64,000 nucleotides of DNA from Minisyncoccota bacterium (GCA_040905385.1 JBBDRP010000002.1:679010-743009), one strand, 5' to 3'; numbered from the stretch's first letter, positions 38,003 through 49,045 are shown. Program-made: numbers and translations. Notes: generated from the letters alone by a model not told the origin.

Positions 38003-39004
38003 ATGAAGCGAAGACCCATACAGCTCATCTTGGTGCTAATTCTAGCCAGCGTGATTGGGCTGGGGCTCGCCCTTTACGCCAATCAGTCCTTGCATATTAA
38101 AAACCCTCCTTCTGTCAGTACAAGTAGTCAGTCGGCGCCTAAAGCAACGAGTACCACAATCACCTTTGTTGGTGACATGATGCTCGACCGCTACATTCGT
38201 GCCCAGGCCGAAATACACGGATACGACCATATTCTAGCTGAGGTAAAAGACCAGCTACTGGCAGTCGATATGGTAGTCGGAAATCTAGAAGGACCCATCA
38301 CCAGCCAGTCATCGGTCAGTACCTACGATCCGCAAGACCCGAACCACTATCGCTTTACCTTTGCTCCGCTGGTAGCTGATCTGCTGACCGAGCATAACAT
38401 CGGTCTGGTTTCAATTGGCAATAATCATATCGAAAATTTCGGCCGTGGCGGTGTTGATGAGACGACTAAATTTTTGGATATTGCAGGTATCTCGTATGTT
38501 GGACATCCGTACAATGATGAGAATCTATCCTTCGTAAAGCAGATAAATGGGCAGCAGTTTAGTTTTGTTAGCTTCAATTACGCTGACGACAGACCAGCGA
38601 GTAAGACGCAGCAGCAGATTGAGGCACTTAAGGATAGAAATGATGCACCTGATTGGATCATCGTGCTGGCTCACTGGGGTCGTGAGTATGAGCAGTCAGC
38701 CAGTCCAGCCCAGGTGGAAACTGCACGTAGCTTCGTAGATACCGGAGCTGATCTTGTTATTGGCACCCATCCGCACGTCATCCAGAACCGAGAAACCTAC
38801 CGAGACGTACTGATCTACTACTCGCTGGGTAATTTTGTGTTCGACCAGTACTTCTCACCTGCTGTTCGCTGTGGACTCATGCTATCAGTGCGCTTTGATT
38901 CAACATCAAGCATAGAGACAACCGAAAACTTTGTAGAGCTCATCGAGGACGGAAGCACGCAGCCAGCCGACTGTCGTAATGCAGCTACCGAAAAAGAGCA
39001 GTAA
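38003..39004 (+). CDS. capA: CapA family metallophosphatase (poly-gamma-glutamate synthesis-like)
   Basis: 333 aa with a signal anchor and the metallophosphatase motifs FVGDMM, GNHE-like SIGNNH and LAHWG. Confidence 0.8.
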   Translation: MKRRPIQLILVLILASVIGLGLALYANQSLHIKNPPSVSTSSQSAPKATSTTITFVGDMMLDRYIRAQAEIHGYDHILAEVKDQLLAVDMVVGNLEGPITSQSSVSTYDPQDPNHYRFTFAPLVADLLTEHNIGLVSIGNNHIENFGRGGVDETTKFLDIAGISYVGHPYNDENLSFVKQINGQQFSFVSFNYADDRPASKTQQQIEALKDRNDAPDWIIVLAHWGREYEQSASPAQVETARSFVDTGADLVIGTHPHVIQNRETYRDVLIYYSLGNFVFDQYFSPAVRCGLMLSVRFDSTSSIETTENFVELIEDGSTQPADCRNAATEKEQ

Positions 39005-39559
39005 TTACTTTCTTATTTCTGACCATACTTTTGGCTGCCACGGCGTTCCGAGTGCCAAAAGCACCCAACGATCCAGGCCAATATAACCAGCCACTCTCCA
39101 GGCCATTAGAATACCCAACGTAAGTATAAACAACACCGGGTTAGAGCTTACCGTACCAGCTAGAAGGAAGTTGGCATTCATAAAGATACCAAAGAAGGCA
39201 GCAATACCCACGAAAAGGCCAACAATGAGAGCTACACCAACCAATACTTCTCCGTACGCTATCACATGTCCAAAAATATCTGTATACGGAAGTACAGCAT
39301 TTTCAAGAAACCAGCCATACCAGGCCTGAACATCAGGATGATCACCCTCCATCTTTGTAAGCGCCCCCTGAACAAATCCTTCAACGGCAGCACCGGCATT
39401 ATCGCCTGTCCACGCTTCAGCGCCAACCTTTCCAATTCCCGCCATCAACCAGGCATAGCCAACATACACACGAACAATCAACCAAAACAATGCTGTTTTG
39501 GTATTTGAGAATAGAAATTGCGCTACTGGAGGTTCATCGATGATGATGCGTTTTGACAT
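39005..39559 (-). CDS. DoxX family membrane protein
   Basis: 184 aa with a DoxX-like four-TM architecture. Confidence 0.65.
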   Translation of the reverse strand: MSKRIIIDEPPVAQFLFSNTKTALFWLIVRVYVGYAWLMAGIGKVGAEAWTGDNAGAAVEGFVQGALTKMEGDHPDVQAWYGWFLENAVLPYTDIFGHVIAYGEVLVGVALIVGLFVGIAAFFGIFMNANFLLAGTVSSNPVLFILTLGILMAWRVAGYIGLDRWVLLALGTPWQPKVWSEIRK

Positions 39560-39641
39560 ACATATAAAAATTAAACTACTGACAAATAGCCTGATAAGAT
39601 CAGGTCGTATTACTCACGATAATGTATGCGAAGGAACTTAC

Positions 39642-39848
39642 TTATTTCTTCCCATTACACTCATCAGAGAGCTGGATTCCACGTACTGCCAAGTATCCAG
39701 CAATGAAAACAGCTGCCCAGCTTGCCCACATCGGGACTGGAGCACCGTTAATTACTGCATCCCACTCACCAGTAATACGTGCCAAGTGAACGATAACAAT
39801 CGTACCGAACACAATTATGATTGCTTTGTAATACAACTTTAGTACCAT
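39642..39848 (-). CDS. small membrane protein
   Basis: 68 aa with two TM helices. Confidence 0.35.
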   Translation of the reverse strand: MVLKLYYKAIIIVFGTIVIVHLARITGEWDAVINGAPVPMWASWAAVFIAGYLAVRGIQLSDECNGKK

Positions 39849-39988
39849 GAAATTATTATACCACTACTTTTAGACGTGACGATGTGTATAAAAAATATCC
39901 GCCAAGTGCAGACAGTACGTCGTGACACTTTAAATTTGTAGGAAAAAATCTACCTTATAATATAGATCACGGAACTCTTTTAAAAAAC

Positions 39989-41680
39989 CTAACTTTCTAC
40001 CCGAGCAGCAAAATCAGTGTGGGGTAGCTTATCGAGCGCAATTGAACAGATTGCCCAGGCCAAGCAGATTGAAAATAGAAGAAAAAGCATCAGGCTTATC
40101 AAGCCAACCCCGGCGAATACCAAATAGTACGAGTAAGCGGCTAGTGAACCGTACAAAAGCGATATACCGACAAAGCCAAAGCCTGGAAGTGTCGTGCTCA
40201 GCTCCTCTGGATCATCAGTCAGGAAGTTCGGGAACCGTGCCCCCAGACCAAGTCCAATCAATGTAAGTGTAATACTAACCACCAGGACATAGAGAATAAA
40301 CAGCAGTGCTGACGTGACAGACTCACTCAGCATCAGTACATGCAGGAGTGCGATCAGTATCGAGATGGCTGCGATTGTTGATACGTAAAAGGCCGCCTTG
40401 GTCCAAAACAAGCGACTGAGCGTGATTGGTGCCGTAATAATGCTCCAGGCGGTGTCACGCTCCATGCTAAAGGCTGGAAATACTATCCGCAGCACGAGCG
40501 CCGCGACAAAGTATCCAACAACGATTATCTGCAGCGACTGAACAAACTGTGGCACCATCACTGCCGAAGCAATCTCCTGGCTGGAAAAGCTATTTTGAAT
40601 AAATACATCGAAGCTGGTAACAATAATCCACAGCAGCGTCAGGAATCCAATCCAGAAAAGTGTCCGCTTGTTACGAAACATCGAAATACGCTCCTTGGTA
40701 AATACAGACGAAATCGGATTAGCCGAGAAAGGACTCGGCTTTCGTGTCTTATCAGCATTAAGATTCGTACGGGTTCGCGCCTCAAAGGTGCCTTCCCGGA
40801 AGTACTGCCAGATGTAAATAAACGGACGCGAGAACAAGGAAACGAAGTAAATTGCCGCAATGGTAATGGCAGCCAACAGAAAGGTCAGTGAGGTTGCGGC
40901 CTGCAAATCACCCACCTGTATTGCCAGCAGTGTCTCGGCTGACATATGACTTGGAAACACACTAAAGTACTGACTAACGTTCGAAATATCAGCCTGTTCT
41001 ATGTCGAGGTTAGAAACATCAAACAGCGTCACTAGATCAAGACCGGACATATGCAGCCATATCAAGCCGGCAAGCACGAGGACCACAGATGTTGTAAGGC
41101 CAAGCAACCAAGAGAAACCATCTGTGACAAGATGCTTACTACCAAGGTAGCGCACAAAGGTACTCAAGCTCAGAATCAGGAGCACGGCCAAGGCTGTAAC
41201 GAGCAAACTGAGAAGAACCACCGACACAAGCCCCAACACAATGCCCCAAAAACCAATCGAGAACACCGTCTGCATAGCCAGAAGAGCCGGAATCGCAAAT
41301 ATAAAAAGTGGCCAGATAGAGGTCAGAGCAATCGAGATAAACTTATCAAAAAGCAGCGAATCATATGCCGGACTAACGAGCAGCCAGGCATCACTTTCGT
41401 TACGAAAAAGCATAAAAAGACCGGTGATCAGCGCACTAACAAAAATAAGCCCGAGAACTGTCAGGAGAAATACCTGGTACACAAAGTAAGGCAAGCCAAT
41501 ACGAAGAAAGTCGCTCTCAGCCACTGCCCCGAGACCGGATGTTAGAGAAAAATACACGCCGATTCCGATCAGAACAAGGATGCCGAAAAAAAGCGACACC
41601 GTGATCAGTCGAGCTGCCTCCTGCTTTTTAAAGAAGCGAGCGACATGATGTAACCGCTGTCGTAAGAAAAACTCAATCAT
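39989..41680 (-). CDS. ABC transporter permease (multi-TM, two repeated halves)
   Basis: 563 aa with at least 10 TM helices. Starts 4 nt after the ATPase gene. Confidence 0.6.
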   Translation of the reverse strand: MIEFFLRQRLHHVARFFKKQEAARLITVSLFFGILVLIGIGVYFSLTSGLGAVAESDFLRIGLPYFVYQVFLLTVLGLIFVSALITGLFMLFRNESDAWLLVSPAYDSLLFDKFISIALTSIWPLFIFAIPALLAMQTVFSIGFWGIVLGLVSVVLLSLLVTALAVLLILSLSTFVRYLGSKHLVTDGFSWLLGLTTSVVLVLAGLIWLHMSGLDLVTLFDVSNLDIEQADISNVSQYFSVFPSHMSAETLLAIQVGDLQAATSLTFLLAAITIAAIYFVSLFSRPFIYIWQYFREGTFEARTRTNLNADKTRKPSPFSANPISSVFTKERISMFRNKRTLFWIGFLTLLWIIVTSFDVFIQNSFSSQEIASAVMVPQFVQSLQIIVVGYFVAALVLRIVFPAFSMERDTAWSIITAPITLSRLFWTKAAFYVSTIAAISILIALLHVLMLSESVTSALLFILYVLVVSITLTLIGLGLGARFPNFLTDDPEELSTTLPGFGFVGISLLYGSLAAYSYYLVFAGVGLISLMLFLLFSICLAWAICSIALDKLPHTDFAARVES

Positions 41681-41683
41681 AAT

Positions 41684-42436
41684 TTAGGCTTCATCGCTTA
41701 CCTTTTCATGCGAAGTTGCAAACACCGAGTAAATGGTAGAAAGCTTTGCGTGATCCGGGACACCAGCCGCTTCGCGAAGTTCAGGAAGAGTTCCGGTTAC
41801 CTTTAGCTCTCCACCGGCGATGACACCGGCTGAATCCGCCACGCGGTCGGCAATACCAAGCATGTGTGTGGTAATCAGCACCGTGCCACCATTATCACGG
41901 TAATCGGTAAGCAGACTCTCTAGAATACGAACACTTTGCGGATCGAGCCCAATAATCGGCTCATCAATCAGGAGAAGTTCTGGCTCATGCAGTAACGCGG
42001 CCAGGATGGTGAACTTCTGACGATTTCCGCGTGAGTAGTACTCAAAGTACATATCATCAACTCCCTGCAAAGAGAAGGCCGGCAGTAGCTCCTCAATACG
42101 CTTTTGGCGTGTATCGGCATCGTATCCATACAGCGCACCGGTAAAATCAAGGAATTCACGACCAGTCATCTTACCCCAGACGGTTGGGTTGTCCGGAATA
42201 AAACCGATCTTCTCCTTCGCCTCAACCGATTCTCCGTCCACCTTGGTACCACCAACCGTTATGTCGCCGGACGTTGGCTGCAACAGCCCGGCAATCATTT
42301 TGATAATGGTGGTTTTTCCGGACCCATTCGGACCAATCAATGAGTAAATCGATCCCTTCTCTATCGATAGCGAGACATCATCGACCGCAATACTATCGGG
42401 TCCGAACTTCTTTGTGAGATGTGAAATTTCTAGCAT
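41684..42436 (-). CDS. ABC transporter ATP-binding protein
   Basis: 250 aa. Walker A GPNGSGKTT, signature YSRGNRQK, Walker B LLLIDEP. Confidence 0.9.
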   Translation of the reverse strand: MLEISHLTKKFGPDSIAVDDVSLSIEKGSIYSLIGPNGSGKTTIIKMIAGLLQPTSGDITVGGTKVDGESVEAKEKIGFIPDNPTVWGKMTGREFLDFTGALYGYDADTRQKRIEELLPAFSLQGVDDMYFEYYSRGNRQKFTILAALLHEPELLLIDEPIIGLDPQSVRILESLLTDYRDNGGTVLITTHMLGIADRVADSAGVIAGGELKVTGTLPELREAAGVPDHAKLSTIYSVFATSHEKVSDEA

Positions 42437-42471
42437 GTATCTAATGTATCATATAATACCCAAAAAAATCC

Positions 42472-42705
42472 CTACTCCAGCGTTCGAACATACGCTGAAA
42501 GTACGGTGGTCAGATCTGCAATCGCCTCAGAAAGTTCGGCTGCTGATCGATTCGGCTGCTGGACATAAGTGGTAAACCGATCAATCTGTATGACAACATA
42601 CTGGTCGATCGGAATCATCTCTCTGCGCTCACCGTGGCTGGCACTCGCTAGCATCGGCAGCGCCATCAGAGCGAGGGTTAAAATTGTTGTGTATACGTAT
42701 TTCAT
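42472..42705 (-). CDS. small secreted protein
   Basis: 77 aa with an N-terminal signal peptide (ALMALPMLASA-SHG). Confidence 0.4.
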   Translation of the reverse strand: MKYVYTTILTLALMALPMLASASHGERREMIPIDQYVVIQIDRFTTYVQQPNRSAAELSEAIADLTTVLSAYVRTLE

Positions 42706-42803
42706 ATTTTTTTACTTATCTTCTGTGTATATTTTATCACGCTATTACATTATAGCTAACACAGATATAAAAAAGCCCCAGAATGAATCCAAGGCCTCGG
42801 TCG

Positions 42804-43691
42804 TTAGTTTGAATATGGTTCGGTGGTATCGTCGAGATGCTCGGCTTCGTGCTCTTGATGAACCTCGTGGTGCTCATCCTGCTGGTGAATCTCTCCATGT
42901 TCATGATGATCATCACGAGGTTCATCGTCTCCGTGGCCGTGGGCAGCAATAGCATTAACTCCAAACATAAGGATTACGCCAATCGCAAACCAGCTGACAT
43001 GCTTGAGGTGGCTGGCCTCTGCCTTGGCCTCGCGAACCGAGTGCGGAATCAAGTCCTGAAACACTACTACCAAAAAGGCTCCGGCAGCAATCCCCATTAG
43101 CGGCAGCTGGAGACTTGAAAATACACCCAGTAAAAGCGTACTCCCAACCGCCCCGATCAGAATTGTTGAAGATATAAGGAAATTAATTAGCAAGGCCTTC
43201 TTGGTGCTGTATCCAGCCTGCTTGAGAACAAAAAACTCAGATATCTCCTGAACCAGCTCATGAACAAATACACTGATGGTGGTGATGATACCGAGACCCG
43301 GATTAACAACAAAGGCTGTCGCTATCAGTACACCGTCACCAACATTATGGATGGCATCTCCAGTCATGATGCGCCTAGCGTCCAGTGGCGAATGTGTGTG
43401 CTCCTCTCTCTCATCATCATGGTGATGGTGAAAATCCGGAAGCAAGGCGAATATCAACCAGAAGCCGGCGGCCCCTAGAAGTATCCAGCCGGCACCGACA
43501 AACGTATCAGCAGACAGATGCAGCACCTCACGCCCCAACTGGTACGAGACGATCAGAAATACCCCAGCCGAAAAACTAACCAGATAGTGCAGATTACGGG
43601 CGATGGCCTTACCAACCCCCTTCCAGACAAACAGAACTCCCGATAGTGAAGCCAGCATGATAGCAAGTGAAGCGATGAGAATTTCAATCAT
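42804..43691 (-). CDS. ZIP family metal (Zn/Fe) transporter with His-rich C-terminal tail
   Basis: 295 aa with ZIP TM motifs (HNVGDGV, HELVQEI) and the tail HGHGDDEPRDDHHEHGEIHQQDEHHEVHQEHEAEH. Confidence 0.8.
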   Translation of the reverse strand: MIEILIASLAIMLASLSGVLFVWKGVGKAIARNLHYLVSFSAGVFLIVSYQLGREVLHLSADTFVGAGWILLGAAGFWLIFALLPDFHHHHDDEREEHTHSPLDARRIMTGDAIHNVGDGVLIATAFVVNPGLGIITTISVFVHELVQEISEFFVLKQAGYSTKKALLINFLISSTILIGAVGSTLLLGVFSSLQLPLMGIAAGAFLVVVFQDLIPHSVREAKAEASHLKHVSWFAIGVILMFGVNAIAAHGHGDDEPRDDHHEHGEIHQQDEHHEVHQEHEAEHLDDTTEPYSN

Positions 43692-43782
43692 TTTTCTTTA
43701 GTTTAGAGTTGGGGTTAGTAAATTTAGAGCGCTCGCAGTGCAGCAAGCAAACAACACTGATCGCGCTGTTTGCTGGCAATAA

Positions 43783-44130
43783 TTACCTGCACTCGTTACA
43801 CGTGCCGTGGACCGTTACAGAGAAGTTTTCATCTGTCGGGAGCTGTGATCGGAAAGCGGCCGCGTCTACAAAAATTGTCTTTACCATTTCGCAGTTTTTA
43901 CAGATGAAATGATCATGTGCATCATGCTTTTCAATTAGCTCATACTTCGTCACCTCTCCGACCGGCACGCTGCGAAGCATGTCATCCTCCTCAAGACGCG
44001 TGAGGTTGCGATAGATGGTTGAGGCGTCAGCATCAGAAATCTGCTGCTGCAGCTCCTTGGCTGACAGAAGATGATTATTTTCAAAGATCTCTAAAATTGC
44101 CTGCTTGTGTTTTGTGCTGCGTCTTTCCAT
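43783..44130 (-). CDS. zur: Fur family transcriptional regulator (likely Zur)
   Basis: 115 aa. HDHFICKNC...HGTCNEC gives the structural zinc CxxC pairs. It lies next to the ZIP transporter gene. Confidence 0.8.
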   Translation of the reverse strand: MERRSTKHKQAILEIFENNHLLSAKELQQQISDADASTIYRNLTRLEEDDMLRSVPVGEVTKYELIEKHDAHDHFICKNCEMVKTIFVDAAAFRSQLPTDENFSVTVHGTCNECR

Positions 44131-44246
44131 AACTTCTTATTGCAACTTACTTGCAATAATACCTATACAGCGAAAGTTTGCAAGGTATATAAAAAATTTT
44201 CGGTTATCTACCGAGAGATTTTGGTGATATCTGTGGATTTTTATGC

Positions 44247-45926
44247 TCAAGAAAGCCGCTCTTGTAGGTAGCGCAGGTGCTTATCCCGCCGCTCGAGAAA
44301 CTGGTCTTCGGTGATGCTAACACCACCATTGATCATATCCAAGACATGCTCGCTGCCTAAGAAGTGCGGCATGATCACGTACGTAGCTCCGCTTTCGTAC
44401 AGCCGGGCTGCCTCCGTCGGATACTCGGAATAGGCAATCATCACCATGTCTGGATCACGCTCATGTACGTACTCGGTCAGATACAGGCTGGTCTTGAAAT
44501 CACTGATTGCTGAGACCACCATATCTGCCTGCGTGATATGCAGATCATGCAGAAATTCCGGGTCATGTATATCGCCGTAGTGATGCTTTATGTCCTGTGC
44601 CTCAAGCTGGGTGATCCGTTCCGGATCATAATCAACCACCACGAAATTCTTCTTCAGCTCCTTAAATGACTGCGCCAGGCTGTGGCCGCTGCGAGCATAG
44701 CCGAATAGAAATATATCCGGAGAGTCCTCGATACTCGATTCCTCTATCGGCCGGGAGCGCTCGAATATACTTAGCCAATTTTTGATGTAGTCATAAATAT
44801 GGTCGTCGTAACGCATCATGTAGGTCGAACCGGCAATTGTGATCAGGCTGGCCATCGTTACCAGCGTTACAATCTCCTGGTTAACCTCACCGATCTGCAG
44901 CGCCAGCAGGATGAAGATCAAGGAGAACTCGCTCACCTGCCCGGCCGTCATCGCCATCTTGAAGCAGGTTCGCTTGGTGTATCCGTAGAAACCAGATAGC
45001 CCCATCACAATCAACGGATTAACCAGTAGCACAAAAAGTGACAGGCCAATGGTCGGCAGTAAAACAGATGAGAATATATTCAGATCAAGCCCGGCACCAA
45101 GCATCACAAAGAAAAACAACAGGAAGAAATCACGCAGTGGCCGCAGTCGTCCCGAGATCTCCTGCGCATAGATTTGCGTTGACAACGCTACTCCGGCCAT
45201 CAGTGCACCAACCTCTAGAGACAACCCAGCAGCCGCCACAACGGCAGAGACCCCAAAGCCCCACGCCACCGCAAAGAGAAACAGATACTCCTGTGAGCGA
45301 GCCAGGAAAGTTGATATTTTCGGCAGTAGATACCGGGCCGCAAACCACAAGGCAGCAGCGATAATAATAAACCAACTCGCGCCCTGCGTAGCCGAGACCC
45401 AAACTGCTTGCTCGCCACCAAGAGAGGAAAGATAAATCAAGAACCCTGTAGCAATCAGGTCCTGAACCAGCAGAAATCCGACGGCTATCTTCCCGTACAA
45501 ATGCTTTAACTCCTCCTTGTCGCTAAGAACCTTGAGAATAACAATCGTACTAGAAAAGGTCATGGCAATGGCAATGTAGCCAGCATGCATCAAACCGAAG
45601 CCAAAAGCACTCGCAATTCCAAAGGTTGCTGTTGCTGTCAGTAGTACCTGCCCCACCCCGATAAAGGCAGAGCCCCAACCGACCTCTTTAACTTCCTTGG
45701 GATTAAGCCCAATTCCAACGATAAACAAAAGCAAAGCGATTCCCAGCTCGGAAACGGTATCGAGAACGTGGACAGAGTTGATGGCATCAAAAAAATACGG
45801 TCCTAATAGAAGGCCGCTGATAATGTAGCTGATGATGAGTGGCTGCTTTAGAAGTCGCATCAAGGATGCAAGCAAAAATGCCACCACTACAACCAAGCTG
45901 ATTTCTATAAAGAGGGCGCTTTCCAT
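44247..45926 (-). CDS. monovalent cation:proton antiporter (CPA2/Kef-type) with C-terminal TrkA-N (KTN) domain
   Basis: 559 aa with about 12 TM helices followed by a Rossmann-like FLFGYARSGHSLAQSF...VVVDYDPE. Confidence 0.8.
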   Translation of the reverse strand: MESALFIEISLVVVVAFLLASLMRLLKQPLIISYIISGLLLGPYFFDAINSVHVLDTVSELGIALLLFIVGIGLNPKEVKEVGWGSAFIGVGQVLLTATATFGIASAFGFGLMHAGYIAIAMTFSSTIVILKVLSDKEELKHLYGKIAVGFLLVQDLIATGFLIYLSSLGGEQAVWVSATQGASWFIIIAAALWFAARYLLPKISTFLARSQEYLFLFAVAWGFGVSAVVAAAGLSLEVGALMAGVALSTQIYAQEISGRLRPLRDFFLLFFFVMLGAGLDLNIFSSVLLPTIGLSLFVLLVNPLIVMGLSGFYGYTKRTCFKMAMTAGQVSEFSLIFILLALQIGEVNQEIVTLVTMASLITIAGSTYMMRYDDHIYDYIKNWLSIFERSRPIEESSIEDSPDIFLFGYARSGHSLAQSFKELKKNFVVVDYDPERITQLEAQDIKHHYGDIHDPEFLHDLHITQADMVVSAISDFKTSLYLTEYVHERDPDMVMIAYSEYPTEAARLYESGATYVIMPHFLGSEHVLDMINGGVSITEDQFLERRDKHLRYLQERLS

Positions 45927-45977
45927 AGTATTTCCTACAGAATATCATATATCTGCACTTATACTGCTTGGAAATTG

Positions 45978-48005
45978 TTATACCGCCTCGCGACGAAGCA
46001 GTGTTGCGTTGACAGCCACAACGACAGTTGAAGCAGCCATCAACGCAGCACCAACTGCTGGAGACAGTACGATCCCAGCCCAAACCATCACACCAGCCGC
46101 CAGCGGCAAGGCCACAATGTTGTAACCGGCCGCCCACCAGAGGTTCTGCACCATCTTACGATACGTCCTTCGACCCAGATCCATTACGCGAACCACATCT
46201 CCTGGATCATCATTAACAAGAATGATATCGGCCGTCTCAGCAGCAACATCAGTTCCGGAACCAATTGCCATCCCTACGTCCGCCGTCGCCAGGGCTGGGG
46301 CATCATTGACCCCATCACCGACCATGGCCACCAGACCATACGTTTCTTGTGCCTTCTTTACGATATCGCTCTTCTCATCTGGAAGCACTTCAGCATAAAC
46401 CTCATCAATACCCACAGCGACAGCTACGCGATTTGCCACCGACTCACTGTCACCAGTCAGCATAATCGGCACAATCCCCTTATCTTTAATATTTTTAACT
46501 GCACTAACAGCACTCTCCCGTACCACGTCATCAAGGATGATGGCTCCGAGTAGACGGTCATCTTCAAGCACATACACGACGGTTTTACCATCATTGTTTG
46601 CTTGGAGGATTTTTTCTTTGTCTGGAATAGTAATATTATTATCAGTCAAAAAACCTGGACTAACCACCCGCAACTTACGGCCATCCACCACTCCCTCGAT
46701 ACCACGTCCAGGTAAGGCCCGGAAGCCTTCTACTGAATAAGAAGCTTCGGTGGTTGCAGCTATTGCCTTGCCAAGCGGATGCTCAGAATCACTTTCAAGT
46801 GAAGCGGCCAAGCGCAACACCTCCTCTTTACTTTCATTCTCTGACAGCAAACAATAATCATCAATCACAAACTCGCCCTTTGTCAGCGTTCCAGTTTTAT
46901 CAAAGATAATGGCCGAAATATCACCCGACTGCTCAAAAGCCGTACGATTTCGTATCAAAAGCCCGCTCTTGGCTGCCAGTGATGTCGAGATCGATGAGAC
47001 CAATGGAATTGCCAGCCCGAGTGCATGTGGGCAAGCAATCACGATTACCGCAATGGTTCGCTGCAGAGCGTATGAAAATAGCTGACCAGAAAAAAATGTC
47101 CAGCCAGCCAGCGTCAGAAGTCCAGCCGCCACCGCAACATAGGCCAGATTTGCTGCTGCACGGTCGGCCAGCTTCTGGGTTTGTGACTTCTGAGCTTGAG
47201 CATCAGCCACAAGTTTCATCACCTGCGACAGGTAAGTGTCTTCACCAACCTTCTCTATCTCTACACGAATTGATCCAGAACCATTGACTGAACCAGCAAT
47301 CACTTCATCGCCAACTTTTTTGGTGGCAAGTTTTGATTCTCCGGTCACCGCTGAAAGATCAATATCCGTTTCTCCCTTTATAATCTCACCATCAACCGGC
47401 ACCTTCTCGCCAGGCCGAACCAACACCACATCTCCAATCTGGAGATCGCTGATAGGCACCATCTCAGTAGATCCATCTTGGGTTATGCGATTGGCTTCAC
47501 TGGGAAGAAGCTTTGAAAGCTCACGCAGCGCATTTGAAGCCCCCATAGTTGCACGCATCTCTATCCAGTGACCCAAAAGCATCACATCCACCAACGTTAC
47601 CAACTCCCACAAGAGCGGCTCACCGGCCAAGCCGAGCTGTACCGCCAGGCTGTAGCCAAAGGCAGCACTGATACCAATGGCCACTAGTGTCATCATGCCA
47701 GGCTGGCGTTTTTCGAGCTCCTGCTTAGCTCCAGCGAGGAATGGCCAACCACCGTAGCTGTACACGACCGCCGCCAACCCGAAGGCTATCCAGGAACCAG
47801 CCGGTAATGTGAGAGAGAACCCAAACCAGTCTTGCAGAGATGGGGATAAGGCCAATACTGGCAGAGATAATGCTAGTGCAACCCAGAAACGTTGGCGAAA
47901 ATCGGTCGCCATAGTCTGGTGGTGAGCGTGGTGGTCGTGCTCACTTTCAGCACTATTGTCTGTGTCATGAGAATGTTCTGTGTGATTTGAGTGATCCATA
48001 GACAT
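45978..48005 (-). CDS. copB: heavy-metal (copper) translocating P1B-type ATPase with His-rich N-terminus
   Basis: 675 aa with the CPH motif (CPHALGLAIP), DKTGTLT, GDGVNDAPAL and an N-terminal HxHxH run. Confidence 0.9.
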   Translation of the reverse strand: MSMDHSNHTEHSHDTDNSAESEHDHHAHHQTMATDFRQRFWVALALSLPVLALSPSLQDWFGFSLTLPAGSWIAFGLAAVVYSYGGWPFLAGAKQELEKRQPGMMTLVAIGISAAFGYSLAVQLGLAGEPLLWELVTLVDVMLLGHWIEMRATMGASNALRELSKLLPSEANRITQDGSTEMVPISDLQIGDVVLVRPGEKVPVDGEIIKGETDIDLSAVTGESKLATKKVGDEVIAGSVNGSGSIRVEIEKVGEDTYLSQVMKLVADAQAQKSQTQKLADRAAANLAYVAVAAGLLTLAGWTFFSGQLFSYALQRTIAVIVIACPHALGLAIPLVSSISTSLAAKSGLLIRNRTAFEQSGDISAIIFDKTGTLTKGEFVIDDYCLLSENESKEEVLRLAASLESDSEHPLGKAIAATTEASYSVEGFRALPGRGIEGVVDGRKLRVVSPGFLTDNNITIPDKEKILQANNDGKTVVYVLEDDRLLGAIILDDVVRESAVSAVKNIKDKGIVPIMLTGDSESVANRVAVAVGIDEVYAEVLPDEKSDIVKKAQETYGLVAMVGDGVNDAPALATADVGMAIGSGTDVAAETADIILVNDDPGDVVRVMDLGRRTYRKMVQNLWWAAGYNIVALPLAAGVMVWAGIVLSPAVGAALMAASTVVVAVNATLLRREAV

Positions 48006-48398
48006 TTACTTATTAGCAACAGCATCAACTACGCGCCTTAAGCGTTCTTTCACCTCCGTTGCAATCTCGTAGAGTTCTTCATTATCAGTTACTCCCAAAA
48101 GAATTTCCGGGTCAACTGCTGATATAAACACTTTTTCATCCTGTTCATAAATGATCACATTGCACGGGAGAAGTAACCCAAGCTCTGGTTCTAGAGATAG
48201 CGCCTGATGAGCTAATTTAGGGTTACACGCTCCAAGAATTTGATATGGAGCTTGATCGACACCAAGCTTTTTCTTCAGAGTGTCCTTCACATCAATGTTA
48301 GACAACACCCCGAATCCTTCACGTGCTAAAGCCTCCTGGACCGCGGTAGTAATATCGCTAAAATTTCCAGTAGCTTGTTGTGTGTATCCGTAAGACAT
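48006..48398 (-). CDS. DUF302 domain protein
   Basis: 130 aa. Gene directly abuts copB, which suggests an operon. Confidence 0.7.
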   Translation of the reverse strand: MSYGYTQQATGNFSDITTAVQEALAREGFGVLSNIDVKDTLKKKLGVDQAPYQILGACNPKLAHQALSLEPELGLLLPCNVIIYEQDEKVFISAVDPEILLGVTDNEELYEIATEVKERLRRVVDAVANK

Positions 48399-48544
48399 AA
48401 TAAGAATAAGTTATTACCAATTTTTACAACAATTAATAATCCCCTGCACAAATGACTTTAGTTTACTCGTATTTCGTCATGAAAATAATTCCCTGACCAG
48501 AATCCATATCACATGGATTGAAAGAAAAATTTTTTCATAACTGA

Positions 48545-49045
48545 TTATATGCGCATGAACACATCACCCTTTTCTCCATCCTGGGTTATCTCATAAATTA
48601 CAAACTCTCCATTTTTTGGCCCTGGCATGCCCGGTGAACCAGACGGCATTCCGGCCATGCCAATTCCTTTGATGTCTGGCTTCTCCTCCAGAAGTTTCTG
48701 GATAGCGGCTTCTGGGATATGTCCTTCAATCACGTATCCAGCCACCTCCATAGTGTGACAGCTCTCCAGTTCATACGGAACTCCAAACCGCTCCTTTACA
48801 GATGCCATGTCCTCTATATCCCTTACCTCAACCGCGTAATCTAAGCCTTCTAAATAAGAGCCGTAGACACCACAACAACCACAATAAGGAGACTTATGTA
48901 GCGTCACCACTGCCACTGCTGCTTCGCTCGACTGTGGTGCGGAGGTCTGTGAAAGCAGGAAACCTCCCATGGCTACTACTACCACAACTAAACCCGCGAT
49001 AATGACTTTATTATTCATATTAATTACTGTTGTTAAACCACTCAT
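48545..49045 (-). CDS. DUF411 domain protein (copper-resistance associated), secreted
   Basis: 166 aa with a signal peptide and the motif YCGCCGVYGSYL. Confidence 0.7.
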   Translation of the reverse strand: MSGLTTVINMNNKVIIAGLVVVVVAMGGFLLSQTSAPQSSEAAVAVVTLHKSPYCGCCGVYGSYLEGLDYAVEVRDIEDMASVKERFGVPYELESCHTMEVAGYVIEGHIPEAAIQKLLEEKPDIKGIGMAGMPSGSPGMPGPKNGEFVIYEITQDGEKGDVFMRI

